From Escherichia phage EcWhh-1: a DNA stretch of 64,000 bases. The notes under the pieces are model-generated. The model saw only the letters and a list, made by a program, of their open reading frames with translations. It was not told the origin of the DNA and did no database searches. Shown here one piece after another: positions 1 to 8,245 of the stretch (its first letter is position 1; every line of letters starts with the position of its first letter). Location of the stretch: sequence record MH791409.1; one strand, 5' to 3'. A program made the translations under genes and the position numbers.

Positions 1-8
1 GCCCTTAA

Positions 9-170
9 TTAGTTGCTTGAATCGACTCTATAAACTTGACCACGGGTTTGGTAAACTTCGCCGTCCCATGTTTCAACTGTGATAGTAACGTACTCGGCAA
101 AAAGAGGACGTGTATCTGTCCAGAGATAACCATATTCACCTGTGACGAGCGTAACCCAGTACTTTCTCAT
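9..170 (-). CDS. small hypothetical protein (about 53 aa), not in ORF track
   Basis: ATG at 168-170 preceded by AAGGAG Shine-Dalgarno; lies immediately downstream of gene 39 on the same strand; conflicts with plus-strand track ORF 36..218, which lacks an RBS. Confidence 0.4.
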   Translation of the reverse strand: MRKYWVTLVTGEYGYLWTDTRPLFAEYVTITVETWDGEVYQTRGQVYRVDSSN

Positions 171-212
171 AAAGTCTCCTTTTATACGGTACTCATGTAC
201 CGTACGTATTTA

Positions 213-2033
213 TTATGACATCCAAGCCTTACGCAGCTGTGGGTCGTTTCCAAGGAGCATTTCGAACTGGTCTTTCCAATCTTCAGGTAATTGAACTACA
301 TCGAATTTAGGGTCTTGAATCATTCGACGGTATTCAGCCTTCTCAAGAGAACCGAGTCCTTTAATATAACGAATAGAATGCTTAGGTAGAGAGTCCTTAG
401 CTTTGGTATAACTAGGTACATCATAGAACCATTCCTGTTCTTTACCAACCTGAGCAATGATTACAGGAGTCTTACAGAAACGAATTCGTCCCTGTTCAAA
501 CAATTCCGGCCACTGACTAAAGAAAGCTAATAACGAAGGATAAATCGAACCAGTACCATCCACATCGGCGTCAGTCATGATAGCGATATTACGATAGTTG
601 GTTTTATCTGCAGGTTCACCAATAACCAGTCCAGTGATTGCACAGATATCAAACAATTCTTTGTTCTTCATGATATCGGCAGCAGTCATACCCCAGGTAT
701 TCATAACCTTTCCGCGTAACGGATAACCACCTTGGAGGTCTTTATTACGAACTTCAATGAAAGGACCCATTGCAGAATCACCTTCCGTAAGGAATAAAGT
801 CGTATCAGCATCTTTGCCATACATATTGGCTTTAATATGCTTATGGACCTTGGCTTTCAAAGCTTTCTTAGCAGCTTTTGTTTCGGCAGCCTTTTCAGCA
901 GCGAGCTTACGTGCTAATGCAGCCTCAATAATAGGCATCAACACAGCTTCATTAGCTAATATGGATTTAGCTAGTTTTTTAGAATCTAACTGAATATGCG
1001 AACGAATTTCACCATACGGCGATGTTAGACGTTCTTTAGTCTGGGAATCGAATCGCATATTTTTCATGCTTCGCACAAACATCAGCATCGTTAAACATTC
1101 TTTAATACGGGCTTTGGTTACTTCAATTTTAAACTTACGCTTAATTTGTGGGATAAGCTCGTCACAAATATCATCCATAACACATTCAACGTGGTGACCA
1201 CCGTTTTTAGTATGAATATTGTTCACGTACGTTAATTGTCGGAATCCATCAGGAGAGCGTCCTATAGATATCGAACAATTGTCCTGTTCTTGGATAATGC
1301 ACTCTTCGTCGAACTGTTTGGCGTATTTTTTAAACGACCCTTGGATTTTCTTACCATTAAATTTAAATTCAATATCAGGATAAATGACTGCTAAGGTTTG
1401 AAGTCGGTCAATGGTAATATCTTGATAAATTTTTTCAAATTGGTTCATTTCAAAGTGGCTAAAATCAGGTACAAATTCTACTTTGGTTCCATTAGTTTTA
1501 GATGGCTTTGATTTCCAAGAAACGTTTTCAGCGTTATTAGAGCAGTTAACAATAAGTTCAGATTTACCATCAGAAGTTGTGCCTGTAAACATCACAGAGA
1601 ATATATTTGTTAAACTGGAACCGACACCGTTTTGACCACCGGTAACACGTTCAGAGTCATCACCAAAGTTACCGCCTGCCTTGGTTTTTGTCCAAGCCGC
1701 GACGGGTCCTGGGATTTCTTCACCTTCAGGAGTAACCACTAGAGCTTGAGGAATACCACGGCCATTATCTTCTACAGTAACCTTATTAGAACTTAAATCA
1801 ATGCTTACTGAAATTTTGTTGGCAAACTTAAAATTAGTACGAATAGCTTCATCAACTGAGTTATCGATGATTTCATCAACTAATTTAAGAACACCCGCTA
1901 CATACCGTACTTTGGTAAACTCGCCGAAAAGAAATCGTTCATGGTCTTCAAATGATACACTTCCGATGTACATTCCAGGACGCTTAAGAACGTGTTCCTT
2001 ATCTGAAAGCATTTCAATTTTATTATCAATCAT
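213..2033 (-). CDS. 39: DNA topoisomerase II large (ATPase) subunit, un-split gene 39 form including the T4 gp60-equivalent C-terminus
   Basis: 606 aa; N-terminus MIDNKIEMLSDKEHVLKRPGMYIGS matches remembered T4 gp39; GyrB-like ATPase motifs; C-terminal IMTDADVDGTGSIYPSLL...WPELFEQGRIRF...IRYIKGLGSLE matches remembered T4 gp60; ATG start verified. Confidence 0.9.
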   Translation of the reverse strand: MIDNKIEMLSDKEHVLKRPGMYIGSVSFEDHERFLFGEFTKVRYVAGVLKLVDEIIDNSVDEAIRTNFKFANKISVSIDLSSNKVTVEDNGRGIPQALVVTPEGEEIPGPVAAWTKTKAGGNFGDDSERVTGGQNGVGSSLTNIFSVMFTGTTSDGKSELIVNCSNNAENVSWKSKPSKTNGTKVEFVPDFSHFEMNQFEKIYQDITIDRLQTLAVIYPDIEFKFNGKKIQGSFKKYAKQFDEECIIQEQDNCSISIGRSPDGFRQLTYVNNIHTKNGGHHVECVMDDICDELIPQIKRKFKIEVTKARIKECLTMLMFVRSMKNMRFDSQTKERLTSPYGEIRSHIQLDSKKLAKSILANEAVLMPIIEAALARKLAAEKAAETKAAKKALKAKVHKHIKANMYGKDADTTLFLTEGDSAMGPFIEVRNKDLQGGYPLRGKVMNTWGMTAADIMKNKELFDICAITGLVIGEPADKTNYRNIAIMTDADVDGTGSIYPSLLAFFSQWPELFEQGRIRFCKTPVIIAQVGKEQEWFYDVPSYTKAKDSLPKHSIRYIKGLGSLEKAEYRRMIQDPKFDVVQLPEDWKDQFEMLLGNDPQLRKAWMS

Positions 2034-2703
2034 TATGTTTTCTCTCGAATTGTTTTAAAATATTTTTATAGGACCCTTCAGGAAATCCACGTTTAATACT
2101 TTCTTTCATGAATTTAGCCAGTTTAGGTTTATCTAATTCTAACCATAAATCTTCTAAAGCGGATTCATATTCCCAAACAGGGCTTTTACGATTTTTAAGA
2201 CCGCATTTGATTAAGGCCTCGTCTGTATGTTTCTTACCAAAGAAAGGGTTGTTTTCTTTAGCCATTGCTTTGGAATGTTCAGGGCGTTTAATCCCATACA
2301 TAGGGTTAAGTTCACCTAATTTAAGGCCTGATTGGATTTTTATAGTTTCATGAGAATGATGTTTGTTAAAGAAAGGATTGTTTTCTTTACTAACGTCGGA
2401 GCCGAAAAATCCTTTAGGTGCTGCAGTTGCTCTATTAAAAAATAAATCAGATTTAGCCGCATTATTAAGGACTTGATACTTATACTCCGCTTTAGTAGCT
2501 TCTTCTCTTGTCTCGAATTCTTCAACTATCAAACTATCGAAAAGCTCAGGATGGGCAGCCAATTCAGACTTGTAAATCTCTTGGTACTTTTTAGATTTTA
2601 CGGAGCCGTGGTATCCGTTTAAATGTTTTTCTAGGCTAGTCGAACCTATATAAAATGGAGGTAATTTGTCTCCGGAATAAATCGTCAAGTAAACTATAAA
2701 CAT
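2026..2703 (-). CDS. GIY-YIG homing endonuclease, Seg-like, with NUMOD3-type repeats
   Basis: N-terminal IVYLTIYSG...FYIGST (GIY...YIG spacing); two repeats ENNPFF(N/G)KKH(S/T)...; ATG with AGGAGGA Shine-Dalgarno. Confidence 0.6.
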   Translation of the reverse strand: MFIVYLTIYSGDKLPPFYIGSTSLEKHLNGYHGSVKSKKYQEIYKSELAAHPELFDSLIVEEFETREEATKAEYKYQVLNNAAKSDLFFNRATAAPKGFFGSDVSKENNPFFNKHHSHETIKIQSGLKLGELNPMYGIKRPEHSKAMAKENNPFFGKKHTDEALIKCGLKNRKSPVWEYESALEDLWLELDKPKLAKFMKESIKRGFPEGSYKNILKQFERKHND

Positions 2704-2726
2704 ACATCCTCCTTTAATTTATGAAG

Positions 2727-2756
2727 ATTATATCATGGCTTTATTGGAGCGTAAAC
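2727..2756 (-). promoter_or_regulatory. early-type sigma70 promoter (GTTTAC, 18 nt, TG-n-TATAAT) upstream of the Seg-like gene
   Basis: minus strand reads GTTTAC at 2751-2756 and TATAAT at 2727-2732 with extended TG; overlaps the upstream terminator. Confidence 0.4.
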
Positions 2757-2775
2757 AAAAAAAGGGCCGAAGCCC
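2754..2775 (-). terminator. rho-independent terminator
   Basis: minus strand GGGCTTCGGCCC stem-loop (GC stem, TTCG loop) followed by T7 run, directly after the stop of the lipoprotein gene. Confidence 0.55.
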
Positions 2776-3036
2776 TTATTCGAATCGAATAGTAGAGTTT
2801 TTAAACAGTAATCCTGAGCACACGGTACCCTTAACAGTTTTACCTGTAGGACCTACAGCAATGAATCCTGTACGTTGGAAGTCATCTTCAGAACATCCAA
2901 ACAAGCTATAACCTGTGATTTGGACCTGATCGAACCCGTTTGCATTCAAAACTTTAACAGCATTATCAGCATCAGTACAACCAACCAACGAAACTGCTAG
3001 TACAAGAGCCGCAATAGAACGATTAACATATTTCAT
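2776..3036 (-). CDS. small lipoprotein (signal peptide with lipobox LVGC)
   Basis: MKYVNRSIAALVLAVSLVGCTD...: basic n-region, hydrophobic core, lipobox Cys; ATG start verified. Confidence 0.5.
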   Translation of the reverse strand: MKYVNRSIAALVLAVSLVGCTDADNAVKVLNANGFDQVQITGYSLFGCSEDDFQRTGFIAVGPTGKTVKGTVCSGLLFKNSTIRFE

Positions 3037-3042
3037 AATTTC

Positions 3043-3219
3043 TCACTTAGTTAGCAGGTCATAGAACCCGCCGTTAACATGTTTAGGAGCTGAAACTAGC
3101 CGAACAGCCGGCCGATGGCAATCAGGGCAAACATCATTATCTCTTTCAGAGATTTTCTTGATTTTTTCGTATTCTTTTGCACAGTCTTCGGATTGGCATT
3201 TGTAATCATAAAGTGGCAT
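3043..3219 (-). CDS. FmdB-like zinc-ribbon small protein (58 aa), not in ORF track
   Basis: translation MPLYDYKCQSEDCAKEYEKIKKISERDNDVCPDCHRPAVRLVSAPKH...; two CxxC pairs in FmdB-family arrangement; ATG with AAGGAA Shine-Dalgarno. Confidence 0.5.
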   Translation of the reverse strand: MPLYDYKCQSEDCAKEYEKIKKISERDNDVCPDCHRPAVRLVSAPKHVNGGFYDLLTK

Positions 3220-3220
3220 A

Positions 3221-3658
3221 TTATTCCTTAAAGTGCGCTTTCAGCATCTGGTAAACAGTCCAGGCTTCAGAATTATTAGAGATAGTGATTTTAGTCAAAG
3301 GGAAATCACTCGGTTCAGATGGGGCTGCATCTTCAGACTGGTCTTCGTCTTCAGAAAAACCATCTTCGGCCCATTCGTCTTCACTGTCAACTACAACCAT
3401 TTCCGTAAAGAATTTACGCTCGCTTGGATATAAAACCATATCAATGTTATCACCATAAGCCAAGTCCACGTTCATCACATAACCTGCCGCTAATCTAACA
3501 GGGCAAAACCCTTCAGCATTGACAATAATATCGGCTAAGCTAGAATTATCAGGATTCCTAATATTATGGGCATTCAGCTTACGGAATTCAGCTTCTGCAG
3601 CGTCATCTTTAAAATAGTACCATTTACCTTTTTCAAATTCGAGTTCTTGATTAAGCAT
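3221..3658 (-). CDS. hypothetical acidic protein
   Basis: track ORF 3221..3751 trimmed to internal ATG (MLNQELEFEKGKWYYF...) that abuts the stop of the upstream ORF; acidic C-terminal half. Confidence 0.45.
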   Translation of the reverse strand: MLNQELEFEKGKWYYFKDDAAEAEFRKLNAHNIRNPDNSSLADIIVNAEGFCPVRLAAGYVMNVDLAYGDNIDMVLYPSERKFFTEMVVVDSEDEWAEDGFSEDEDQSEDAAPSEPSDFPLTKITISNNSEAWTVYQMLKAHFKE

Positions 3659-3869
3659 TGTAAGTTTCCTTCCAGAAGTCGGTGCCTTCAGCAGTGATTT
3701 CACGGAACACTGCATAGATAGGGTTTTTATCACCTTGATTTTCGTATACATAAACCGACGATAAATGAGAAAACGTATCAGAATGTTCCTTTTGAACCAC
3801 GATTAAATCAGGGTTGAACAGAACATCTTCAAATTCTTCACGAGTCGAGTTCACAGTAACTTTAGCCAT
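3651..3869 (-). CDS. hypothetical protein
   Basis: track ORF; GAGGAA Shine-Dalgarno before ATG; early-type promoter just upstream. Confidence 0.45.
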   Translation of the reverse strand: MAKVTVNSTREEFEDVLFNPDLIVVQKEHSDTFSHLSSVYVYENQGDKNPIYAVFREITAEGTDFWKETYNA

Positions 3870-3900
3870 TTTATTTTCCTCTCATTTGTTGATAGGGTAA

Positions 3901-3930
3901 ATAGTATCACTACCCTACCGTATTGTATAC
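3901..3930 (-). promoter_or_regulatory. early-type promoter variant (GTATAC / TACTAT)
   Basis: minus strand GTATAC, 17 nt, TACTAT, followed by CTATCAAC-like leader shared with other cassettes. Confidence 0.3.
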
Positions 3931-3943
3931 TATTTTTTAAACT

Positions 3944-4510
3944 TTATGCACGGTGAATGTTAGCATATTCAACAATAAAGCTTTCAGGAACAACCTTAAA
4001 GGTTCCAAGGAACACGATGTTATAGAGCTTAACGCCACCTTCAACCCACTGGTCTGTGATGTAACCAGACATGCTACTGGTTTCGTAAGTACCAAAAGGT
4101 TCGTCAACATATTTGAACGGTTTAGGAGTATTAAAACACACTCCTCGACCTAATTTCCATTTGAAATCAACGCCAACATGGGACTGGTCGATAGTTTCAA
4201 CGTCTTGAGCTACTACGCCACGGATATCATTGCTTTCACATACATACCCATCATGGGATTCAACTTCTTCAACTACAGGAGCGATGTACCCGGTAAATTC
4301 AGTCGATTCCAAGAATTTAGCACGCACATAACCGAATTGAGTTTCAGTCTGGCGATTTTTAGGAATGATACGAACTTTTACTTCATAATTTTCTTCACTG
4401 ACACCTTCTTTAAGTTGGATGCTAACAACTTCAACTAAACTGCCCGCAGCTTTTGAACGAGACTTTTTGGATACACGAACGATACTGCCGATATCGGAAA
4501 TAGTAATCAT
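3944..4510 (-). CDS. hypothetical protein, paralog of 4584..5132
   Basis: C-terminal region GYITDQWVEGGVKLYNIVFLGTFKVVPESFIV resembles GWVTDQWIEDGVELLNVVHAGDFSIVPRSAVV in the neighbouring ORF. Confidence 0.5.
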   Translation of the reverse strand: MITISDIGSIVRVSKKSRSKAAGSLVEVVSIQLKEGVSEENYEVKVRIIPKNRQTETQFGYVRAKFLESTEFTGYIAPVVEEVESHDGYVCESNDIRGVVAQDVETIDQSHVGVDFKWKLGRGVCFNTPKPFKYVDEPFGTYETSSMSGYITDQWVEGGVKLYNIVFLGTFKVVPESFIVEYANIHRA

Positions 4511-4552
4511 AATTTTTCTCTCTTGGTTAAAGGTTTATAATCCATGAGAGCC

Positions 4553-4581
4553 ATTATAACATGGCTCTCGATAAAGTAAAC
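4553..4581 (-). promoter_or_regulatory. early-type promoter (GTTTAC, 17 nt, TATAAT) with -10 box inside a 9-bp inverted repeat
   Basis: minus strand GTTTAC ... CGAGAGCCATGTTATAATGGCTCTCATGG. Confidence 0.45.
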
Positions 4582-4583
4582 TA

Positions 4584-5132
4584 TTAATTCAATACGTTAA
4601 CCACTGCACTACGAGGTACTATGCTAAAATCACCAGCATGTACAACGTTCAGGAGTTCAACACCATCTTCAATCCACTGGTCTGTTACCCAACCACAGAT
4701 AGGATTATCAAAAGGACGACGGATAGCCACAGCAGCACACAACAGGTCGGTAGGGCCTTGTTCTTCAACTTCTTGGAACAGGATGAACTCATCTTCATAA
4801 ACCAGGTTTTTCTCTATTTTGTTATTATCTAACCGGCGACCGTGGATGACGTAAGATTTGTCAAACCACTCACTTTTGGCGAATTCTTCAACAATAAATT
4901 CGCCTTCGCCAAAAACATCAGTCAGAGTTTTATAACCAGAAATCAAGGCCTTAGTTTTAATTTCAGGTTCAACCAGTTTGTAGGTTTTGCCGATTTCGAT
5001 AGTCTGAGTAGTCATAGTGGTTTCCTTAATTTCCAGTGGTTTAACAGGGCATACATAAGTGCTTAAAACATCAAAATCAATCAGTTTAGCTGCCGGATTC
5101 GGGGTGTATTTAGGGTTGTAATTAAATTTCAT
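4584..5132 (-). CDS. hypothetical protein, paralog of 3944..4510
   Basis: shared C-terminal motif with adjacent ORF (see 3944..4510). Confidence 0.5.
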   Translation of the reverse strand: MKFNYNPKYTPNPAAKLIDFDVLSTYVCPVKPLEIKETTMTTQTIEIGKTYKLVEPEIKTKALISGYKTLTDVFGEGEFIVEEFAKSEWFDKSYVIHGRRLDNNKIEKNLVYEDEFILFQEVEEQGPTDLLCAAVAIRRPFDNPICGWVTDQWIEDGVELLNVVHAGDFSIVPRSAVVNVLN

Positions 5133-5638
5133 ATTGTTCTCAATTCAATAAAATCTACGAGTTCGGCATAGGATTTGCGGAACATTACTTGGCGGCCACC
5201 AATGACAACCTCATCTTCAGGTATTTCGTAAACAGCAAGATAGAATCCTTTAGAAGATAATTCTTTACGCTCTTCACGAGTGAACCAGCGCATCATATCA
5301 TACTCACTGGCAAAAGCAAAATGGTAGAGGTTAACAAACCAGCCTGGAATATAATCGTCGCAGCCTTCATAATCAGGTCGTTTCCACTTAGTTCTAATGG
5401 TTTTATTAGAATTTTCTACCAGCAACTTATCTTGACTTGGTAGTGGGATATTTTTATTAATGCTATGATGATGTCTAAAAATAGGTCTGTCTAAACCTAC
5501 TTCTAATAACCAGCCTTCACTCCATGAGTCTGTTGTACTTCTATACGGGGTCATTTGGGTACAGAGGTCTCGTCGTATTGTGATAGCGTTTCCATCATCT
5601 AAGATACTGAACGATGACTCAACTCGATAAATTTTCAT
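5129..5638 (-). CDS. hypothetical protein
   Basis: track ORF 169 aa; preceded by promoter cassette and GAGGAG Shine-Dalgarno. Confidence 0.45.
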   Translation of the reverse strand: MKIYRVESSFSILDDGNAITIRRDLCTQMTPYRSTTDSWSEGWLLEVGLDRPIFRHHHSINKNIPLPSQDKLLVENSNKTIRTKWKRPDYEGCDDYIPGWFVNLYHFAFASEYDMMRWFTREERKELSSKGFYLAVYEIPEDEVVIGGRQVMFRKSYAELVDFIELRTI

Positions 5639-5665
5639 TTTGTTCTCCTCATGTTGATAGGGTAG

Positions 5666-5694
5666 ATAATATCATGTCATGAGGAGAAGTAAAC
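5666..5694 (-). promoter_or_regulatory. early-type promoter (GTTTAC, 17 nt, TG-n-TATTAT)
   Basis: minus strand GTTTACTTCTCCTCATGACATGATATTATCTACCCTATCAACATGAGGAG; inverted repeat CTCCTCATG/CATGAGGAG brackets the -10 and the Shine-Dalgarno. Confidence 0.5.
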
Positions 5695-5698
5695 ACTT

Positions 5699-6373
5699 TT
5701 ATCGATTTTTTACACTTAATGGGTCTGGATTCTCAGGAACATCTTCCAGGTTTAAAGCATATCGTTGGGCATATTTCAGCATCAAGATATCCTTAGCACA
5801 GTCATGGATAGAGTCATGGGCTACAAAGCCATTCAATGTTCCGTTAGGCAGAGGGCACATGCTTAATCCACGCGTCAGTGAATAGGCTTCAATGGCCGTG
5901 CGGATATCACGTTGGTTCCAGAATTTAACCGGTTCCAACTTAGTGGTATCGATTTCGTTCTCAGGAACACCTTCAGAACGATAAGCATCGCGAATAAGGT
6001 CCACTAAGATTGGAAAGTCAAAGGACATTCCGCGGCACCACATCTGCGATTTCCATTGGTCCACTTCGTTTTTACGGCAGTATTCCAGGAAATTACCAAT
6101 GCCGATAGAAGTACTCACATCAATTTCGGACGGAGCCAGGTTTTTACGTGCTTCGGGTCCTTGTTCTTTCCACCACTGCAATGTGCTTTTAGAGAACAGA
6201 CGTTTATCGCGTTGAGAAGCCAAATCGAATTTAATACGAAGGCCACGTTGAGTAAGCTCTTCAAACGATTCTACTACCTCTGGATTAGGGTCATAAGCAA
6301 TTACGGCGAGGTCGATAACTGCTGCATTTTGGGTAGTGGCAAAGGTTTCGAAGTCAATAATTATATCTTTCAT
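5699..6373 (-). CDS. dexA: exonuclease A (DnaQ-like 3'-5' exonuclease)
   Basis: 224 aa; MKDIIIDFET...AVIDLAVIAYDPNPEVVE...GMSFDFPILVDLIRD...HDSIHDCAKDILM closely matches remembered T4 DexA. Confidence 0.85.
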   Translation of the reverse strand: MKDIIIDFETFATTQNAAVIDLAVIAYDPNPEVVESFEELTQRGLRIKFDLASQRDKRLFSKSTLQWWKEQGPEARKNLAPSEIDVSTSIGIGNFLEYCRKNEVDQWKSQMWCRGMSFDFPILVDLIRDAYRSEGVPENEIDTTKLEPVKFWNQRDIRTAIEAYSLTRGLSMCPLPNGTLNGFVAHDSIHDCAKDILMLKYAQRYALNLEDVPENPDPLSVKNR

Positions 6374-6660
6374 TTAACGTACCTCATAAGGTCTCGGATT
6401 TGGCCAACAGTATAGTCTTCAATATAAACCGAAGAGATATTGTCGTCCATCAGTTTTTGCACTGCAATAAAATCACTTTCAATCTCTTTAAGTGAATGCA
6501 AGACCTTATGAGCCTTGCCACGGATATTTGTATCGTCTGGGTTGACCTTAATAATATATTCCGTCTCGAATTTCAACTTATAAAATTGGTCTTTAGTTAC
6601 TTTAATCATATTTTCCTCAAACATAATAGGCATCAGTACGAGCACGGGTAATACTAACAT
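6370..6660 (-). CDS. hypothetical protein (dexA.1 position)
   Basis: track ORF, overlaps dexA start by 4 nt; true start may be internal. Confidence 0.4.
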   Translation of the reverse strand: MLVLPVLVLMPIMFEENMIKVTKDQFYKLKFETEYIIKVNPDDTNIRGKAHKVLHSLKEIESDFIAVQKLMDDNISSVYIEDYTVGQIRDLMRYVK

Positions 6661-7948
6661 AAGCCAGCTGTGAAGCTAAATTGGCATCTGCCATGTGCAT
6701 GCACGGAGTATAGATGAAACTGTTTTGGACAGTAAGACCCTGTGATTTATGAACAGTGCTCACCGGAAGAGCTCGAACCTTAGTGAACATTCGCTTAGCT
6801 TTCCAGAAATCAGCCCACTTAGGTTTCTTACCAGTTCCACGCATAGCCTTGTACTCAGTAGCCACCTTAGCCAAGAAATAATGGAACTTCTCAACTGAAG
6901 CCTCATCAATAACTTTCAAGTGTTCTACATAGTACTCGTCATCCTCATCAACAGATTCAACCTGGAGGTCCCAGTAATTAATCATCTGGCGAGTGCCTAC
7001 ATCCTTGGCAGACAAGAACAATGAGGTGTGGTTCACATCTAAAATACGAACCATCTGGCCGTTATTAAAAATGGTTTCAGAGAATTTCTTACCGTCGTAT
7101 TCAAGTTCCTTAATAAAAGGCTCTTGCATCACGAGGATTTCGCCCTTGATATAAGGCGCATCGGTTTCATAAAGCTTTTTACGAATAATACTATTCAGTT
7201 TTTCAACTGATTTATTTGTATAAGCAAACATCCTATTCTCAAACAAGGCATCGGCATCTTTTACGATGGAAAAATAATTCATCATAAAATCTTTTAAAGC
7301 CGTTTGAGATTTAAAACCATGGACACCGTGACCTTCGAATATACAATCTCGGAACCATCCACCATTACGGATTTCAGTAGCAACCTCAATGATGGGAGCA
7401 TTACTACGCATTACTTCAGTAAGGTGCAGCTGTTTAATTTTAGGATGAGTAAAGAATGGAGACAACTGAGGGCTTCCATCACTTCCTGGTTCTACAGGTT
7501 GTAACTGTGCTCGGTCGCCAATCCCTAGTACAGTGCACCATGGTGGAACCGAAGCTTCGATAATCTTAAACAGCTTGCCGTCAATCATTGAGCCTTCGTC
7601 GACCACAAGAACATTACATTTGCTCAAGTCAGGAGCTTCACGTTGTTCAAAAATATCCTGGTCTTCGTATGTAGTCGGGTTAATCTTTAAGATTCGGTGG
7701 ATTGTCGATGCTTCTTGGCCTGCGAGTTTCGACAATACCTTCTTGGCCGCGTGTGTAGGTGCGGTCAAAATAACTCCGAGTTCGCCATTCTTGACTAAGT
7801 GGTCAAGGATAAATTTAGTAAGGGTCGTTTTACCTGTACCCGCAGGACCATTCAATGTAATCCATTCGCCCTTACGTCGTTTAATAGCTTCAATGATTTC
7901 TTTAAAGGCCGTCCGTTGCCCAATATTCAAGTCTTCAAATGTAATCAT
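6617..7948 (-). CDS. dda: Dda DNA helicase (SF1B)
   Basis: 443 aa; Walker A GPAGTGKTT, APTHAAKK, later helicase motifs; near full-length similarity to remembered T4 Dda. Confidence 0.9.
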   Translation of the reverse strand: MITFEDLNIGQRTAFKEIIEAIKRRKGEWITLNGPAGTGKTTLTKFILDHLVKNGELGVILTAPTHAAKKVLSKLAGQEASTIHRILKINPTTYEDQDIFEQREAPDLSKCNVLVVDEGSMIDGKLFKIIEASVPPWCTVLGIGDRAQLQPVEPGSDGSPQLSPFFTHPKIKQLHLTEVMRSNAPIIEVATEIRNGGWFRDCIFEGHGVHGFKSQTALKDFMMNYFSIVKDADALFENRMFAYTNKSVEKLNSIIRKKLYETDAPYIKGEILVMQEPFIKELEYDGKKFSETIFNNGQMVRILDVNHTSLFLSAKDVGTRQMINYWDLQVESVDEDDEYYVEHLKVIDEASVEKFHYFLAKVATEYKAMRGTGKKPKWADFWKAKRMFTKVRALPVSTVHKSQGLTVQNSFIYTPCMHMADANLASQLAYVSITRARTDAYYV

Positions 7949-8244
7949 GCCAATTTTACTCGCTTAACATATAAAGTATCTAAAATCAATTTTAATTCTC
8001 GGGCCCGTTCTTTGGTAGGAAAAACTGTTTTAGTTTCCCACTTATCAAACCACCACTTTCTTGGCGTGCACACTGTTTCAAGGCGTCCAAGCCGAAGATA
8101 TCTTTTTGTTGAGATTTCATAAGCCTCTAAAGCAGTGTCAGCCCCAATCTTTGTCGAATACAAAGTCACTTCACCGGCATCTTCTAACGGAATTTCATAC
8201 CCGTCTTTGTCCTTGTGAACCAATACGTATGCATAGTACATCAC
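7945..8244 (-). CDS. hypothetical protein (dda.1 position)
   Basis: track ORF 99 aa, ATGA-coupled to dda. Confidence 0.45.
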   Translation of the reverse strand: MMYYAYVLVHKDKDGYEIPLEDAGEVTLYSTKIGADTALEAYEISTKRYLRLGRLETVCTPRKWWFDKWETKTVFPTKERARELKLILDTLYVKRVKLA

Positions 8245-8245
8245 G

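Noticed and set aside
36-218. Plus-strand track ORF of 60 aa at the window start
   Set aside because: It has no Shine-Dalgarno, its sequence has no protein-like features, and it overlaps a minus-strand ORF that has a strong AAGGAG RBS and is co-oriented with all neighbouring genes.
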